In this document: piece after piece, positions 27,206-36,231 of the stretch
Position numbering within the stretch: position 1 is the first letter of the stretch
Layout of the letters: each line of letters opens with the position of its first letter
Virus record (IMG/VR): IMGVR_UViG_3300043451_000318
Coordinates: 1-41,655 of that record
DNA length: 41,655 nucleotides
DNA from: a virus
Taxonomy: Duplodnaviria > Caudoviricetes
Strand: one strand, 5' to 3'
Position numbers and translations under genes: made by a program
Notes under the pieces: generated by a model
The model's input: only the letters and a program-made list of their open reading frames with translations
The model's database searches: none
What the model was told of the DNA's origin: nothing

Positions 27206-28547
27206 GTTCCGTATCTATGTGATTAAGCCTGATGGATCAGAGGACTCGCTGGTTTACAACAACCAAACTTCGAGCCTTGTGTGGAGCAGCGGCCAATCGG
27301 TCGTTCCCGTCAAAACACGCGCTTGGCGCGATGCGACTGTTGTTTCCAAAGATCAACCCGGTCGCAAGGGAAATGTCCGCGTGCTCAAGATCAGCCTTGG
27401 CCTGCTTTGCAACTACGCCTGCACTTACTGCTCACAACGTTTTGTGCCTCATGCGGATCAAACCAATCCAGAAGATGTTGAATCCTTTTTACGTTCTCTG
27501 GAAGACGCGCTGATTGAACCTCCAGAGCGCATTGAGTTCTGGGGCGGTGAGCCGCTGGTTTATTGGAAGACCTTAAAACCTCTGGCTGAGCGTTTGAGAG
27601 CCATGTACCCTAAGGCTCAGTTCAGCATGATCACCAATGGGAGTCTGCTGGATGCTGACAAGAATGCATGGATTGATCGCTTGGGTTTTTCAGTTGGACT
27701 GTCGCACGACGGTCCGGGTTATCACGTCCGAGGTGCTGATCCTTTGGATGATCCACAAAAGCGTGCTGCCATTTTTGATCTGTACGCGCGCCTCAAGCCT
27801 GAGGGACGAATCAGCATCAACGCCATGATCCATGCAAGTAACCCAAGTCGCGCGCATGTGCAGTCTTGGTTGCGCGAGCGTTTTGGTGAAGATGTGGTGA
27901 TCGGCGAGGGCGCATTCATTGACCCGTATGACGAGGGTGGGCTGGCGTCCACATTTCAGACTTCAGCCGAGCGGATCACTTTCAGTGCCTATGCCTTCAA
28001 AGAGTTGCGCGCTGGTGCTGTAACCAGTTTTGACATTGCTCGCAAGAAGATCATGGACTTTGTGGAGTCAGTGGCTCAAGGCCGTCCCGCCAGTACGTTG
28101 GGCCAGAAATGCGGCATGGACCGTACCGACAACCTAGCAGTCGATCTGAACGGTAAGGTGCTGACCTGTCAAAACGTTAGTGCAGCAGCGGCGGCACCAA
28201 ATGGCGAGTCGCACAAGATTGGTCACATCTCTCAGCTTCAAGCAGTCAAGATGCGAAGCGCCACGCATTGGAGTAAGCGCGAGGAGTGTTCTAGCTGCCC
28301 TGTGCTTCAGTTGTGCAAAGGCTCATGCATGTTCTTGGATGGTCCGTTGTGGAAGGCCGGGTGTGATGCTTCGTATGCTGACAACGTGCCATTCTTGGCT
28401 GCTGGCATTGAGTTCCTCACTGGTTGTTTCCCGTTCTATATCGAGGGGGACTTCCCGCAGGAACGTCGAGACATCTTCGGTTTGGTCAGTGAGCACTCAG
28501 AAGTCAAAGAGCGTCGAGTTATTCCCATCAAGGTAGAACATGCCTGA
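27198..28547 (+). CDS. Radical SAM enzyme with SPASM domain
   Basis: CNYACTYC, FWGGEPL, ITNGSLL and SHDG; C-terminal C-x18-C...C-x2-C-x5-C-x3-C-x11-C. Confidence 0.95.
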   Translation: MAEFRIYVIKPDGSEDSLVYNNQTSSLVWSSGQSVVPVKTRAWRDATVVSKDQPGRKGNVRVLKISLGLLCNYACTYCSQRFVPHADQTNPEDVESFLRSLEDALIEPPERIEFWGGEPLVYWKTLKPLAERLRAMYPKAQFSMITNGSLLDADKNAWIDRLGFSVGLSHDGPGYHVRGADPLDDPQKRAAIFDLYARLKPEGRISINAMIHASNPSRAHVQSWLRERFGEDVVIGEGAFIDPYDEGGLASTFQTSAERITFSAYAFKELRAGAVTSFDIARKKIMDFVESVAQGRPASTLGQKCGMDRTDNLAVDLNGKVLTCQNVSAAAAAPNGESHKIGHISQLQAVKMRSATHWSKREECSSCPVLQLCKGSCMFLDGPLWKAGCDASYADNVPFLAAGIEFLTGCFPFYIEGDFPQERRDIFGLVSEHSEVKERRVIPIKVEHA

Positions 28548-29082
28548 TGTGACGTTGAGTGACGCGTTGAAGGAGGCTTACGCGAGCGCGCCTTCGGATG
28601 TGGTGATCCTGCATACCTTAGAGCTGCGTCACCCTGACTTTAAAAATGAAGCTGGGGTCACAACTGCCATTCGAGTGGTGCGAGATCAACAAGACCTCTT
28701 TGCGCGCCTCGAATCCTCGGCCCCGTTGAACCCAAGCCAGACGGTGAGGTTTGTGGCGATGGGCTTTGATTTGGATTTACCGCCTGTAGACATCGCACCG
28801 GTTCCTGAGGTCGTTTTGACCTTAGATAACGTCTCACGCGAGATCGTCAAACACTTAGATGCGGCGTCTGAGTCCGAAGCCTCCATCGAAGTCACTTATC
28901 GACCGTACTTGTCGAACGATATGGAGGGACCTCAGATGGATCCTCCTATCACGCTGGTTCTGACCGAGGTAGAGGCTGAGGTGATGCGTGTGACAGCAAG
29001 AGCGCGAATGGTGGACATCGGCAATAAGGCGTTTCCGGGGCGTCTGTACACCGCGACGGAGTTCCTAGGATTGGCTCGGTGA
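28540..29082 (+). CDS. Tail-tip protein (DUF1833-like, gpL position)
   Basis: EAYASAP...LHTLELRHP, LDNV and YRPYLS motifs; precedes NlpC/P60. Confidence 0.82.
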   Translation: MPDVTLSDALKEAYASAPSDVVILHTLELRHPDFKNEAGVTTAIRVVRDQQDLFARLESSAPLNPSQTVRFVAMGFDLDLPPVDIAPVPEVVLTLDNVSREIVKHLDAASESEASIEVTYRPYLSNDMEGPQMDPPITLVLTEVEAEVMRVTARARMVDIGNKAFPGRLYTATEFLGLAR

Positions 29083-29092
29083 TGGAGATGAC

Positions 29093-29536
29093 ATGAAACC
29101 AACGGATGGTTACTGGGCGCACCGATACATAGGTCGCCCATGGATAGCAGGCGCACGAGGCCCCGAGTCATTTGACTGCTGGGGCCTTTTTTTATGGGTC
29201 CAAGGAAAGCACTTCGGACGTGAGCTTCCACTTATCCCCGTTGATGCGCTGAGTCTGCGTGAGGTGCTCAAGACATTCAACGATCACCCCGAGCGAAAAC
29301 GCTGGCAGCGAGTGTCCGCCCCCAAGCATGGGGATGCTGTGCTGATGCGTCAGTCCAGATATCCGGTGCATGTCGGTATTTGGCTGGACATTGATGGTGG
29401 TGGCGTGCTGCATTGCGCGCAAAGCGTGGGTGTGGTGTTTCAGGACTTGTGGGCGCTAGACCGTCATGGCTGGCGTGTCGAAGGGTTTTATGCATTTCGA
29501 GGTGATCCATGCCAAGCAGCAATGACGGTGTCGTAG
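29093..29536 (+). CDS. NlpC/P60 tail-tip protein (gpK-like)
   Basis: FDCWGL, HVGIW and VLHC catalytic pattern. Confidence 0.9.
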   Translation: MKPTDGYWAHRYIGRPWIAGARGPESFDCWGLFLWVQGKHFGRELPLIPVDALSLREVLKTFNDHPERKRWQRVSAPKHGDAVLMRQSRYPVHVGIWLDIDGGGVLHCAQSVGVVFQDLWALDRHGWRVEGFYAFRGDPCQAAMTVS

Positions 29537-31788
29537 TTTGGCTTCGAAATCCATTCGATCCCCACGAGCGGGACATCCACTATGTTCAGGGGAATCCAAC
29601 CATCAGCCAATGGATGAATCAAGAGCAGATTGTTTTTGAGCAACCAACGCTGGTGCTCAAGAACGGCAAGCCTGTACTCATGGCTGGGCGCGTTGTGACC
29701 CCCATCGATGCTGGAGATGTCATCGCCCTGGTGTCATTGCCGCAGGGGGGCGGAGGAGGGGGCAAGAATCCCCTGCAGACGGTTTTGATGATTGCCGTGT
29801 TGGTGGTGGCCAATGCCTATGGCGCTGAGCTGGCCGCATCGTTTGGGTATTCAGGGGCTGTGGCTACTTCGGTGGCATCGACTGCGATTGCAGTGACGGG
29901 TTCCATCATCGTTAGCGCTTTGGTGCCGCTACCCAATCAGAGCCTGCCCAATGCGACCGCGAGTTCGTCCTCCCCGAGTCCTACCTATTCGCTACAGGCC
30001 CGTGGCAACTATGGGCGGCTGTCGCAGCCGATACCTGTCGTTTACGGTCAGCATCTGATTTATCCGGATTTGGCTGCAATGCCTTACACGGAGTACGTCA
30101 ACAACGAGGAGTACCTGCATCAGCTCCATGTGATTGGCATTGGGCACTTTCAGTTTGAAGAGCTGTCGATTGATGACAGTCCGATTGCATCGTTTGAAGA
30201 AGTACAGGCGCAAGTCATTGAGCCGGGCGGTCAAAACACCCTGTTCAACAACGATGTGGTGACGGCTGCTGAAGTGACAGGGCAGGAGTTGATTGCCGTT
30301 GCTGATACGGGCGGCAGCATCATTGGCCCGTTCGCACTTAATCCTGCAGGGACTCAGGTCAATCAGATTGGCATCGATGTTGTGATGATGCGTGGGTTGT
30401 ATTACGCGACTGACGCTGGGACGCTGGATAGCCGAACCGTTCAATGGCGGGTTGAGGCAAGAACCATCAACGACGACGGTGATGCCACTTCTGGATGGAT
30501 TCATCTTGCGGATGAGTCCTACTCTGCTGCGACCAATACGGCGCAGCGCAGGACCTACAAATATGGTGTGGGTGCAGGGCGCTACGAAGTGCGTGTTCAA
30601 AGATTGGATACCAAGGACGTCAGCACCCGGGCGGGACATGAACTTCGGTGGGGACAGGCTAAAGGCTATCTGGTCAATCCAACATTGCCCTCTGATTTGA
30701 CCTTGCTGGCATTGCGCATGCGCGCAACGGACAACTTGTCACAGCGGTCATCCCGCTTAGTGAACTGCTTGGTAACGCGCAAACTCCCAGTTTGGTCAAA
30801 GACCACGGGCTGGAGTGCACCTCAAGCCACCCGCTCGATTGCTTGGGCATTTGCTGATGCAGCGCGCGCGAGTTATGGGGCGGGGTTGCCTGATGCAAAG
30901 ATTGATCTCAATGCATTGACTCGGCTGGATGGTGTGTGGTCTGCGCGTGGCGATACGTTCAATGGTGTGTTCGACCAGAACCTAACCGTCTGGGATGCCA
31001 TGGGGCAGATTTCTAGAGCGGGGCGCGCAGTGCCATTCCTGCAAGGCGGCATCGTGCGCATTGTTCGAGATGAGCCCAAGACCATCCCTGTGGCCTTGTT
31101 CTCCACCCGAAACATTGTCCGAAGCAGCTTGAAGATTCAGTATGTGATGCCCGGTGATGCCACTGCCGATGCTGTCACAGTTGAATACTTCAACCCCAAG
31201 AGCTGGAAGCCTGATGAGATCACGGTTGCACTTGCTGGTTCCACTCTGTCTAAACCTGCGCGCTTGAAGCTCTTTGGGTGTACCGACAGATCGCAAGCCG
31301 CACGAGAGGGAAAGTACATCGCCGCAGCCAATCGGTACCGCAGGCGAATCATCACTTTTAGGACGGAGCTCGAAGGGTTGATTCCAACCTACGGCGACTT
31401 GGTGGCCATCAGTCATGACATGCCCAGCTGGGGGGTAAGTGGCGAGGCACTGTCTTGGGATGGTTCATCAAGGGTGTTGTTCTGTTCTGAGCGATTGCCT
31501 TGGTTGACGGGGGCAAATCACTACATCGCGCTCAGACGCTTGGATGGCTCAGTCACTGATCCGATTTGTGTGACGCGCGGTGCGACTGACAGGCATGCCG
31601 TCTTGCAGCAAGCGCCGAGCGTTGATATCCAAACCGGTGGTGGTGAAGAGCGAACGCACTTTGCTTTTGGTGTGGGGCAGACCTGGGCCCAGATGGCGCG
31701 CGTAATGAGTGTCAAACCACGGGCTGATTTGGTGGAGGTGACCTGCGTGGCAGAAAGCGCTGCAGTTCACACCGCTGATCAAACATAA
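29509..31788 (+). CDS. Tail-tip/central hub protein (gpI-like N-terminus fused to TipJ/gpJ-like region)
   Basis: PQGGGGGGKNP linker plus hydrophobic stretch, SPTYSL, PIPVVYG and GRYEVRV motifs; GAGGTG SD. Confidence 0.88.
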   Translation: MPSSNDGVVVWLRNPFDPHERDIHYVQGNPTISQWMNQEQIVFEQPTLVLKNGKPVLMAGRVVTPIDAGDVIALVSLPQGGGGGGKNPLQTVLMIAVLVVANAYGAELAASFGYSGAVATSVASTAIAVTGSIIVSALVPLPNQSLPNATASSSSPSPTYSLQARGNYGRLSQPIPVVYGQHLIYPDLAAMPYTEYVNNEEYLHQLHVIGIGHFQFEELSIDDSPIASFEEVQAQVIEPGGQNTLFNNDVVTAAEVTGQELIAVADTGGSIIGPFALNPAGTQVNQIGIDVVMMRGLYYATDAGTLDSRTVQWRVEARTINDDGDATSGWIHLADESYSAATNTAQRRTYKYGVGAGRYEVRVQRLDTKDVSTRAGHELRWGQAKGYLVNPTLPSDLTLLALRMRATDNLSQRSSRLVNCLVTRKLPVWSKTTGWSAPQATRSIAWAFADAARASYGAGLPDAKIDLNALTRLDGVWSARGDTFNGVFDQNLTVWDAMGQISRAGRAVPFLQGGIVRIVRDEPKTIPVALFSTRNIVRSSLKIQYVMPGDATADAVTVEYFNPKSWKPDEITVALAGSTLSKPARLKLFGCTDRSQAAREGKYIAAANRYRRRIITFRTELEGLIPTYGDLVAISHDMPSWGVSGEALSWDGSSRVLFCSERLPWLTGANHYIALRRLDGSVTDPICVTRGATDRHAVLQQAPSVDIQTGGGEERTHFAFGVGQTWAQMARVMSVKPRADLVEVTCVAESAAVHTADQT

Positions 31789-31806
31789 ACGAACGAGTTG
31801 TTCACA

Positions 31807-31841
31807 ACCCGCCTTGAAGCAATTCAGGCGGGTATTTTTTT
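31807..31841 (+). terminator. Intrinsic terminator between tail and lysis genes
   Basis: ACCCGCCT...AGGCGGGT followed by ATTTTTTT. Confidence 0.78.
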
Positions 31842-31852
31842 GGAGTTAAGAA

Positions 31853-32236
31853 ATGCCAGAACCAACAAGTAGCGGAGTGGCTGGAGCCGCCGCTGCGTAC
31901 AAAGCTTTTGGTGGAACGGCTGCTGCCGCAGCCAGTGGTGCAACGCTTGCTGCAGTCGTGGTCATGCTCATGACGCCACCACGCGATAAGCGCGAGTGGA
32001 CAGTGGGGCTGATCAGTACTGTCGTATCGAGCATCTGCGGTGGAGCGATCACCATCGAGTATTTCCAGCTTCACCACTGGGCGTTTTCGACGATTGGCCT
32101 GTACGCCATGGGCGGAGTGATCTTTGCTTGTGGCTTGCCCGGTTGGGCATTGGTGCGTTGGATTTTTAACTTCATCGTGGAGCGGCGTGATGCCTCAATT
32201 GATGAGGTAGCCAAAGATGTGAAGGAGATGCTGTGA
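31853..32236 (+). CDS. Holin
   Basis: 127 aa with about three hydrophobic segments and a charged C-terminus; GTGA-coupled to the endolysin. Confidence 0.8.
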   Translation: MPEPTSSGVAGAAAAYKAFGGTAAAAASGATLAAVVVMLMTPPRDKREWTVGLISTVVSSICGGAITIEYFQLHHWAFSTIGLYAMGGVIFACGLPGWALVRWIFNFIVERRDASIDEVAKDVKEML

Positions 32237-32697
32237 AACCACAAGACTTCATTGCACTTATTGGGCCTGCTGCACGGGCATGTCACAAGGCTGCGGGTGT
32301 TCCTGCAAGCATCACAGTGAGTCAAGCAGCACTTGAGTCTGGCTGGGGAGAGTCAGGGCTCACCAAAACGGCCAATAACTTGTTCGGGATTAAGGCAGAC
32401 AGTTTGTGGCGCGGTGAAACCGTGACGCTTGACACCAAGGAGTTCATCCGAGGGCAGTGGGTCGTTGTGCCCGCTAAGTGGCGCAAGTACCCGACATGGC
32501 AGGCTAGTGTTGATGATCACGCTGCCTTCCTCAAACGTAACTCTCGCTACAAAGACTGCTTTCTGTGTGTCTCGGCACAAACATTTGCGCGAGCTCTTCT
32601 TAAAGCAGGCTACGCCACGGACCCTGACTATGCCGACAAGCTCATCCGTTTGATTGGCTCCTACAACTTGGCCTCACTGGATGGGAAGGGTGTATGA
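32233..32697 (+). CDS. Endolysin, GH73 glucosaminidase/FlgJ-like
   Basis: QAALESGWG, NNLFGIK and GYATDPDY motifs. Confidence 0.93.
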   Translation: MKPQDFIALIGPAARACHKAAGVPASITVSQAALESGWGESGLTKTANNLFGIKADSLWRGETVTLDTKEFIRGQWVVVPAKWRKYPTWQASVDDHAAFLKRNSRYKDCFLCVSAQTFARALLKAGYATDPDYADKLIRLIGSYNLASLDGKGV

Positions 32698-33185
32698 ACT
32701 GGATTCGTGCGTTCCTCGAATTGAATAAATCCTTGTTTCTCAAGGGACTGCTGCTTCTCATGGCGTTTTTACTAGGCCTGCAGATGGGGCAATCCCGTCT
32801 GCAGCGCCAGTGGGATGCTGAGAAACAAACCGTGCAAGTTGCACAAGCAAAGCAAGAACAACACGTGGCCGATGTGGCTCGAGTTCAAAACCAAATATCT
32901 AAGGAGATCTCTGATGACTATCGCAAGAAGTCTAGTTTGTTGGCTAGTCGTGCTGTTGTGTACGAGCGGGTGCTCGATAAGCCCGAAATCAGCTCAGGGA
33001 ATTTGCCCGTCGTTTCCAGTAATGCCTCAGGAGTTACTTCAGCCAGCGCCTTCTCTTTACCTTCTACCGCCGGAGATGAGGCAACGATAAGTTGTAGGCA
33101 GCTAATTAAAGATGCGACGCAGACAACGCTGATGCTGCATGAAATGCAACGTTGGTATATAGGGCAGGTGTTGGTAGCGAATTAG
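32694..33185 (+). CDS. i-spanin (Rz-like)
   Basis: N-terminal transmembrane segment followed by coiled coil; follows the endolysin. Confidence 0.75.
   Translation: MNWIRAFLELNKSLFLKGLLLLMAFLLGLQMGQSRLQRQWDAEKQTVQVAQAKQEQHVADVARVQNQISKEISDDYRKKSSLLASRAVVYERVLDKPEISSGNLPVVSSNASGVTSASAFSLPSTAGDEATISCRQLIKDATQTTLMLHEMQRWYIGQVLVAN
32914..33090 (+). CDS. Embedded o-spanin lipoprotein (Rz1-like)
   Basis: AAGGAG SD at 32901; signal MTIARSLVCWLVVLLCTSG-C; Pro-rich mature part; +1 frame within Rz. Confidence 0.78.
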   Translation: MTIARSLVCWLVVLLCTSGCSISPKSAQGICPSFPVMPQELLQPAPSLYLLPPEMRQR

Positions 33186-33190
33186 AGCTT

Positions 33191-33216
33191 TTAACAAAAT
33201 ATGATGATTTTGTTAA
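33191..33216. repeat. Perfect 10-bp inverted repeat at the phage/island junction
   Basis: TTAACAAAAT-ATGATG-ATTTTGTTAA. Confidence 0.6.
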
Positions 33217-33356
33217 TTTTAAACAAGGGTAAAACCAAGTAAATAAAATAAAAACAAATGAAAACAACAGCTTAATTAGATTGACGATTCTTTTTCTATT
33301 GTGTTTTGTGATTCCGTCTGATAAGCTTCTTCGCTCATTTGTGTGGGAGAAGATGA

Positions 33357-34811
33357 ATGACAGGCAGTCAAACAGGGTTTGAACATCAGGTTGGATCAGT
33401 TTCGGAGATCAGGGACAAGCTTCAGCAGTTGGGTGCTGATTTGGCCGTGCTTAAGGTATTGCCAAAAAATGCAAACGATAAGAACCAAGTCTATTTCGCC
33501 AGTAGCTTTACTTCTCTCTACAACATCTTTGACTTGAAGCTCGCCGAACGCGGAGCAAGTACAAGTCATAAATCAACTGCAAAGCCAGGGAGCCATATCC
33601 CAGAGGCGGTATTCACTAGCTTTGAGTGGCTCAAGGCTGATGGTTCACGCATCAAGGCAAAGAACGTCAAAGTTATTGTTTACACGCAGTACCCAGAAGC
33701 GCGGTTATCAGGTTTTCTGTCGGTTGAAAACACAATGCCGCACTCTTTATCGATTGCGTTCACAAAAGCGAATCCTGAGAGTAAGAGAGTGTTGGTGTTG
33801 GGGCGATTGCCTAGTGGCGCTTGCCTAGCGATGATCTGCCTTGATCCATCTGAAGCCTTTCTTGCAGAAGTCAATGCACTTGCAGGGCTTGAGGGGTCTC
33901 GTGTTTGTAAGTTGTTGAGCATTCAGCAAACCTACAGCGAACAATTGTTGTCGCAACTCGCTGAGATTGTTTCTCGACCACTTAAAGGGTGCCGTCTCGA
34001 TAAATTTGGCAGAACTTTGCCGTTCACCGGAACTCAGGTTTGTGGCTACACGCTCGAGCATGCGCTAGGGATTATTCCGAACTCGAGTCAAGATGGAGAC
34101 TTGTATGGCATTGAACTCAAAACACACACGCAGCTAAAGACCACGCTCTTTACGCCAGAGCCTGATTTTGGTCTGTACGCCGAAAGCTTCGAAGAGTTTA
34201 TGCGTACCTACGGCTACACGACTGAGGGCGGTAGTGAATATCGGGTCACTGGTATTCACAGAGCTAACGTCCGTTGTAAAAGAACTGGACTTACCCTGAA
34301 AGTTCAGGAGTACCACGTCGCAGAACCCGGAAATTCAAAGTCAGATTGGATTCGAGATGAGCAGGGTAACCGAGTCGCTTTCTCGTATGACCCATCAACA
34401 CCACTCACATCAAAAATGGAAGCGGTAGAGGTGGTGCTTGTGGATGATGACGGGAAAATCGCTGCAGGCTGGAGTTTTGAGCGCTTGATGAACAACTGGG
34501 GAGCCAAGCACAACAAAGCGGTCTATATCTCCGCATCAAAACAGGGAAATACAAGCCAGCAGGAGTTTGATGAGGGTTATCAGTTCCTCGTGACTTATGA
34601 GCCTCGGGTCATCTTTTGTGAGGACTCATCCGCCGAGCGACTGTTTGAATCCATTGCAAACGGAACAATTTTCTTGGACCCCGCCCCTAAGTTTGTTCCT
34701 GCAGATCCGTCCAAAAACAAACGACGCGCGCAATGGCGTGTTAACGATATTACCCGCGCGGTGGAAAACCTCTACGAACATGTCCGTATTTGTGATCTCA
34801 CAAACGCATGA
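33357..34811 (+). CDS. MvaI/BcnI-family restriction endonuclease with N-terminal extension
   Basis: GYTLEHALGI.PN...GD..GIELK (PD-(D/E)xK type), TLFTPEP and a terminal QWRV; convergent with a C5 methylase. Confidence 0.8.
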   Translation: MTGSQTGFEHQVGSVSEIRDKLQQLGADLAVLKVLPKNANDKNQVYFASSFTSLYNIFDLKLAERGASTSHKSTAKPGSHIPEAVFTSFEWLKADGSRIKAKNVKVIVYTQYPEARLSGFLSVENTMPHSLSIAFTKANPESKRVLVLGRLPSGACLAMICLDPSEAFLAEVNALAGLEGSRVCKLLSIQQTYSEQLLSQLAEIVSRPLKGCRLDKFGRTLPFTGTQVCGYTLEHALGIIPNSSQDGDLYGIELKTHTQLKTTLFTPEPDFGLYAESFEEFMRTYGYTTEGGSEYRVTGIHRANVRCKRTGLTLKVQEYHVAEPGNSKSDWIRDEQGNRVAFSYDPSTPLTSKMEAVEVVLVDDDGKIAAGWSFERLMNNWGAKHNKAVYISASKQGNTSQQEFDEGYQFLVTYEPRVIFCEDSSAERLFESIANGTIFLDPAPKFVPADPSKNKRRAQWRVNDITRAVENLYEHVRICDLTNA

Positions 34812-34823
34812 TGCGCAAATGCC

Positions 34824-36182
34824 TCATGCAGCTTTACGTTTCTGACGTGCTTGCTTATCTTTAGCAGCCTTGATGTAGGGCTTCATCAGTTTTGCGACCG
34901 CTGCAAAGACGGGAACCACAACCGAGTTTCCGAATTGTTTGTATGCCTGCGTGTCTGATACGGGGATCCGAAAATCATTTCCTGTGGGCTTGTCATATCC
35001 CATTAGACGCGCACATTCCCTAGGGGTCAAACGGCGAGGACGATTCTTCATGTTAATTGGATCGTGTAGATCTCTGTCGTGGTCATATCCACGATCAATA
35101 AGAATTTCTGAGCCGTCTTTGTAGTAACGGGCCGAAAGAGTCCGGGTTACATCGTCTTTCTTGACGAGCCCATAACCGAATCCATTGCCTTTGGCTTTGT
35201 GTTTGATGGAGTAGTTAAAAAGGTATTCCCAGAGCTTTGGTGTCAAGATGTACTTGTCATCAATTGAGTCATCAAGGATGTCGCCAAGTTTGGGTTTCTT
35301 TTTAGGAAAGACCTTTTTGATGTCTGTGAGAGTGAAGCCTTTGTGAATGTTCAGATCGCGACGGAAACCGACAAGGACAATACGCTCACGGTGTTGAGGC
35401 ACAAAGTGCTGACCATCGATGACTTTGGGATCGGTTGAGTCATTGACATCGACGTCCGCGACCCAGTAGCCGAGTTCGTCAAGTGTTTCCATGATGATCT
35501 TGAAAGTTCGACCTTTGTCATGGCTCTTGAGGTTCTTCACGTTTTCTAGAAGAAATGCGGCAGGGCGTTTCACATCCAAAATCTGTGCGACATCGAAAAA
35601 TAGTGTCCCTTGAGTTTTGTCTTCGAACCCGTGTTTGCGACCCAGTGCATTCTTCTTGCTCACGCCCGCTATCGAAAACGGCTGACAAGGAAATCCAGCA
35701 AGCAACACATCGTGGTCTGGAATCATCTTGTGGATGTTCTGATTAACTTGCTTTTGAGTGACACCATCGCGGTTGCTTAGCGTGACTTCACAGATATCGC
35801 CATTGAAAGTATGAACGTCTGGATCGGCGTAGTTGTTAGCCTTGTATGTTCTGACTGCAGGTTCGTTCCACTCACTAGTGAAGACGCAACGTCCGCCAAT
35901 CTCTTCAAAGCCGCGACGTATTCCACCTATGCCAGCAAACAGATCTACGAAGTCAAATTCAGGACTGTCGTAGTGAGCAGGACGTTCAGGTAGCAGCTTA
36001 AGCAGTGCTTGGTATTCACGATGGCTCAGGCGGGGGGAGGCTTTGCCCCTTTGCCATCGGTTGATAGTCTCCCTGCACCACTGGCCGGGGGATTGTTTGT
36101 TCAGGTATTCACCAATGAAAGTCTGGTCATAGATTTCGAGTACTTGCTGGAGAAGTTCGAAGTCATCTACTGTGTTTTTCAT
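34824..36182 (-). CDS. dcm: DNA cytosine-5 methyltransferase, Dcm/M.EcoRII-like (probably CCWGG)
   Basis: [47 protein letters not shown] and QFGNSV; N-terminal HTH-like extension. Confidence 0.92.
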   Translation of the reverse strand: MKNTVDDFELLQQVLEIYDQTFIGEYLNKQSPGQWCRETINRWQRGKASPRLSHREYQALLKLLPERPAHYDSPEFDFVDLFAGIGGIRRGFEEIGGRCVFTSEWNEPAVRTYKANNYADPDVHTFNGDICEVTLSNRDGVTQKQVNQNIHKMIPDHDVLLAGFPCQPFSIAGVSKKNALGRKHGFEDKTQGTLFFDVAQILDVKRPAAFLLENVKNLKSHDKGRTFKIIMETLDELGYWVADVDVNDSTDPKVIDGQHFVPQHRERIVLVGFRRDLNIHKGFTLTDIKKVFPKKKPKLGDILDDSIDDKYILTPKLWEYLFNYSIKHKAKGNGFGYGLVKKDDVTRTLSARYYKDGSEILIDRGYDHDRDLHDPINMKNRPRRLTPRECARLMGYDKPTGNDFRIPVSDTQAYKQFGNSVVVPVFAAVAKLMKPYIKAAKDKQARQKRKAA

Positions 36183-36194
36183 CTGTTTCAATCT

Positions 36195-36231
36195 GGGTCA
36201 AAAGTGTGACGGATTATCACATAATTGACCC
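36195..36231. promoter_or_regulatory. 37-bp dyad operator overlapping the methylase promoter
   Basis: GGGTCAA-AAG-TGTGA-N7-TCACA-TAA-TTGACCC; minus strand reads TTTAAA-N17-GATAAT with an extended -10 TG. Confidence 0.7.

Larger units (their letters stand above)
1..33185 (+). mobile_element. Lambda-like siphovirus prophage (replication, packaging, head, tail, lysis); left end outside window, right end unresolved
   Basis: Canonical co-oriented order primase, terS, terL, gpW, portal, S49 protease, decoration, capsid, tail tube, chaperone, tape measure, tail tip, holin, endolysin, spanins. No integrase or att site identified. Confidence 0.95.

Noticed and set aside
27198-28547. Radical SAM as a QueE/deazaguanine DNA-modification enzyme or anaerobic sulfatase maturase
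   Set aside because: It has a full SPASM domain unlike QueE; no queC/queD/folE/dpdA or sulfatase gene is in the window; it is embedded among tail genes.
1-33185. Avoidance of CCWGG in the prophage as evidence of selection by the adjacent R-M system
   Set aside because: CCAGG/CCTGG sites are readily seen (for example 1042 and 2152); a proper observed/expected count would be needed.
36205-36221. CRP site (TGTGA...TCACA)
   Set aside because: The spacer is 7 nt rather than 6, and the motif is part of a larger dyad better explained as the methylase operator.
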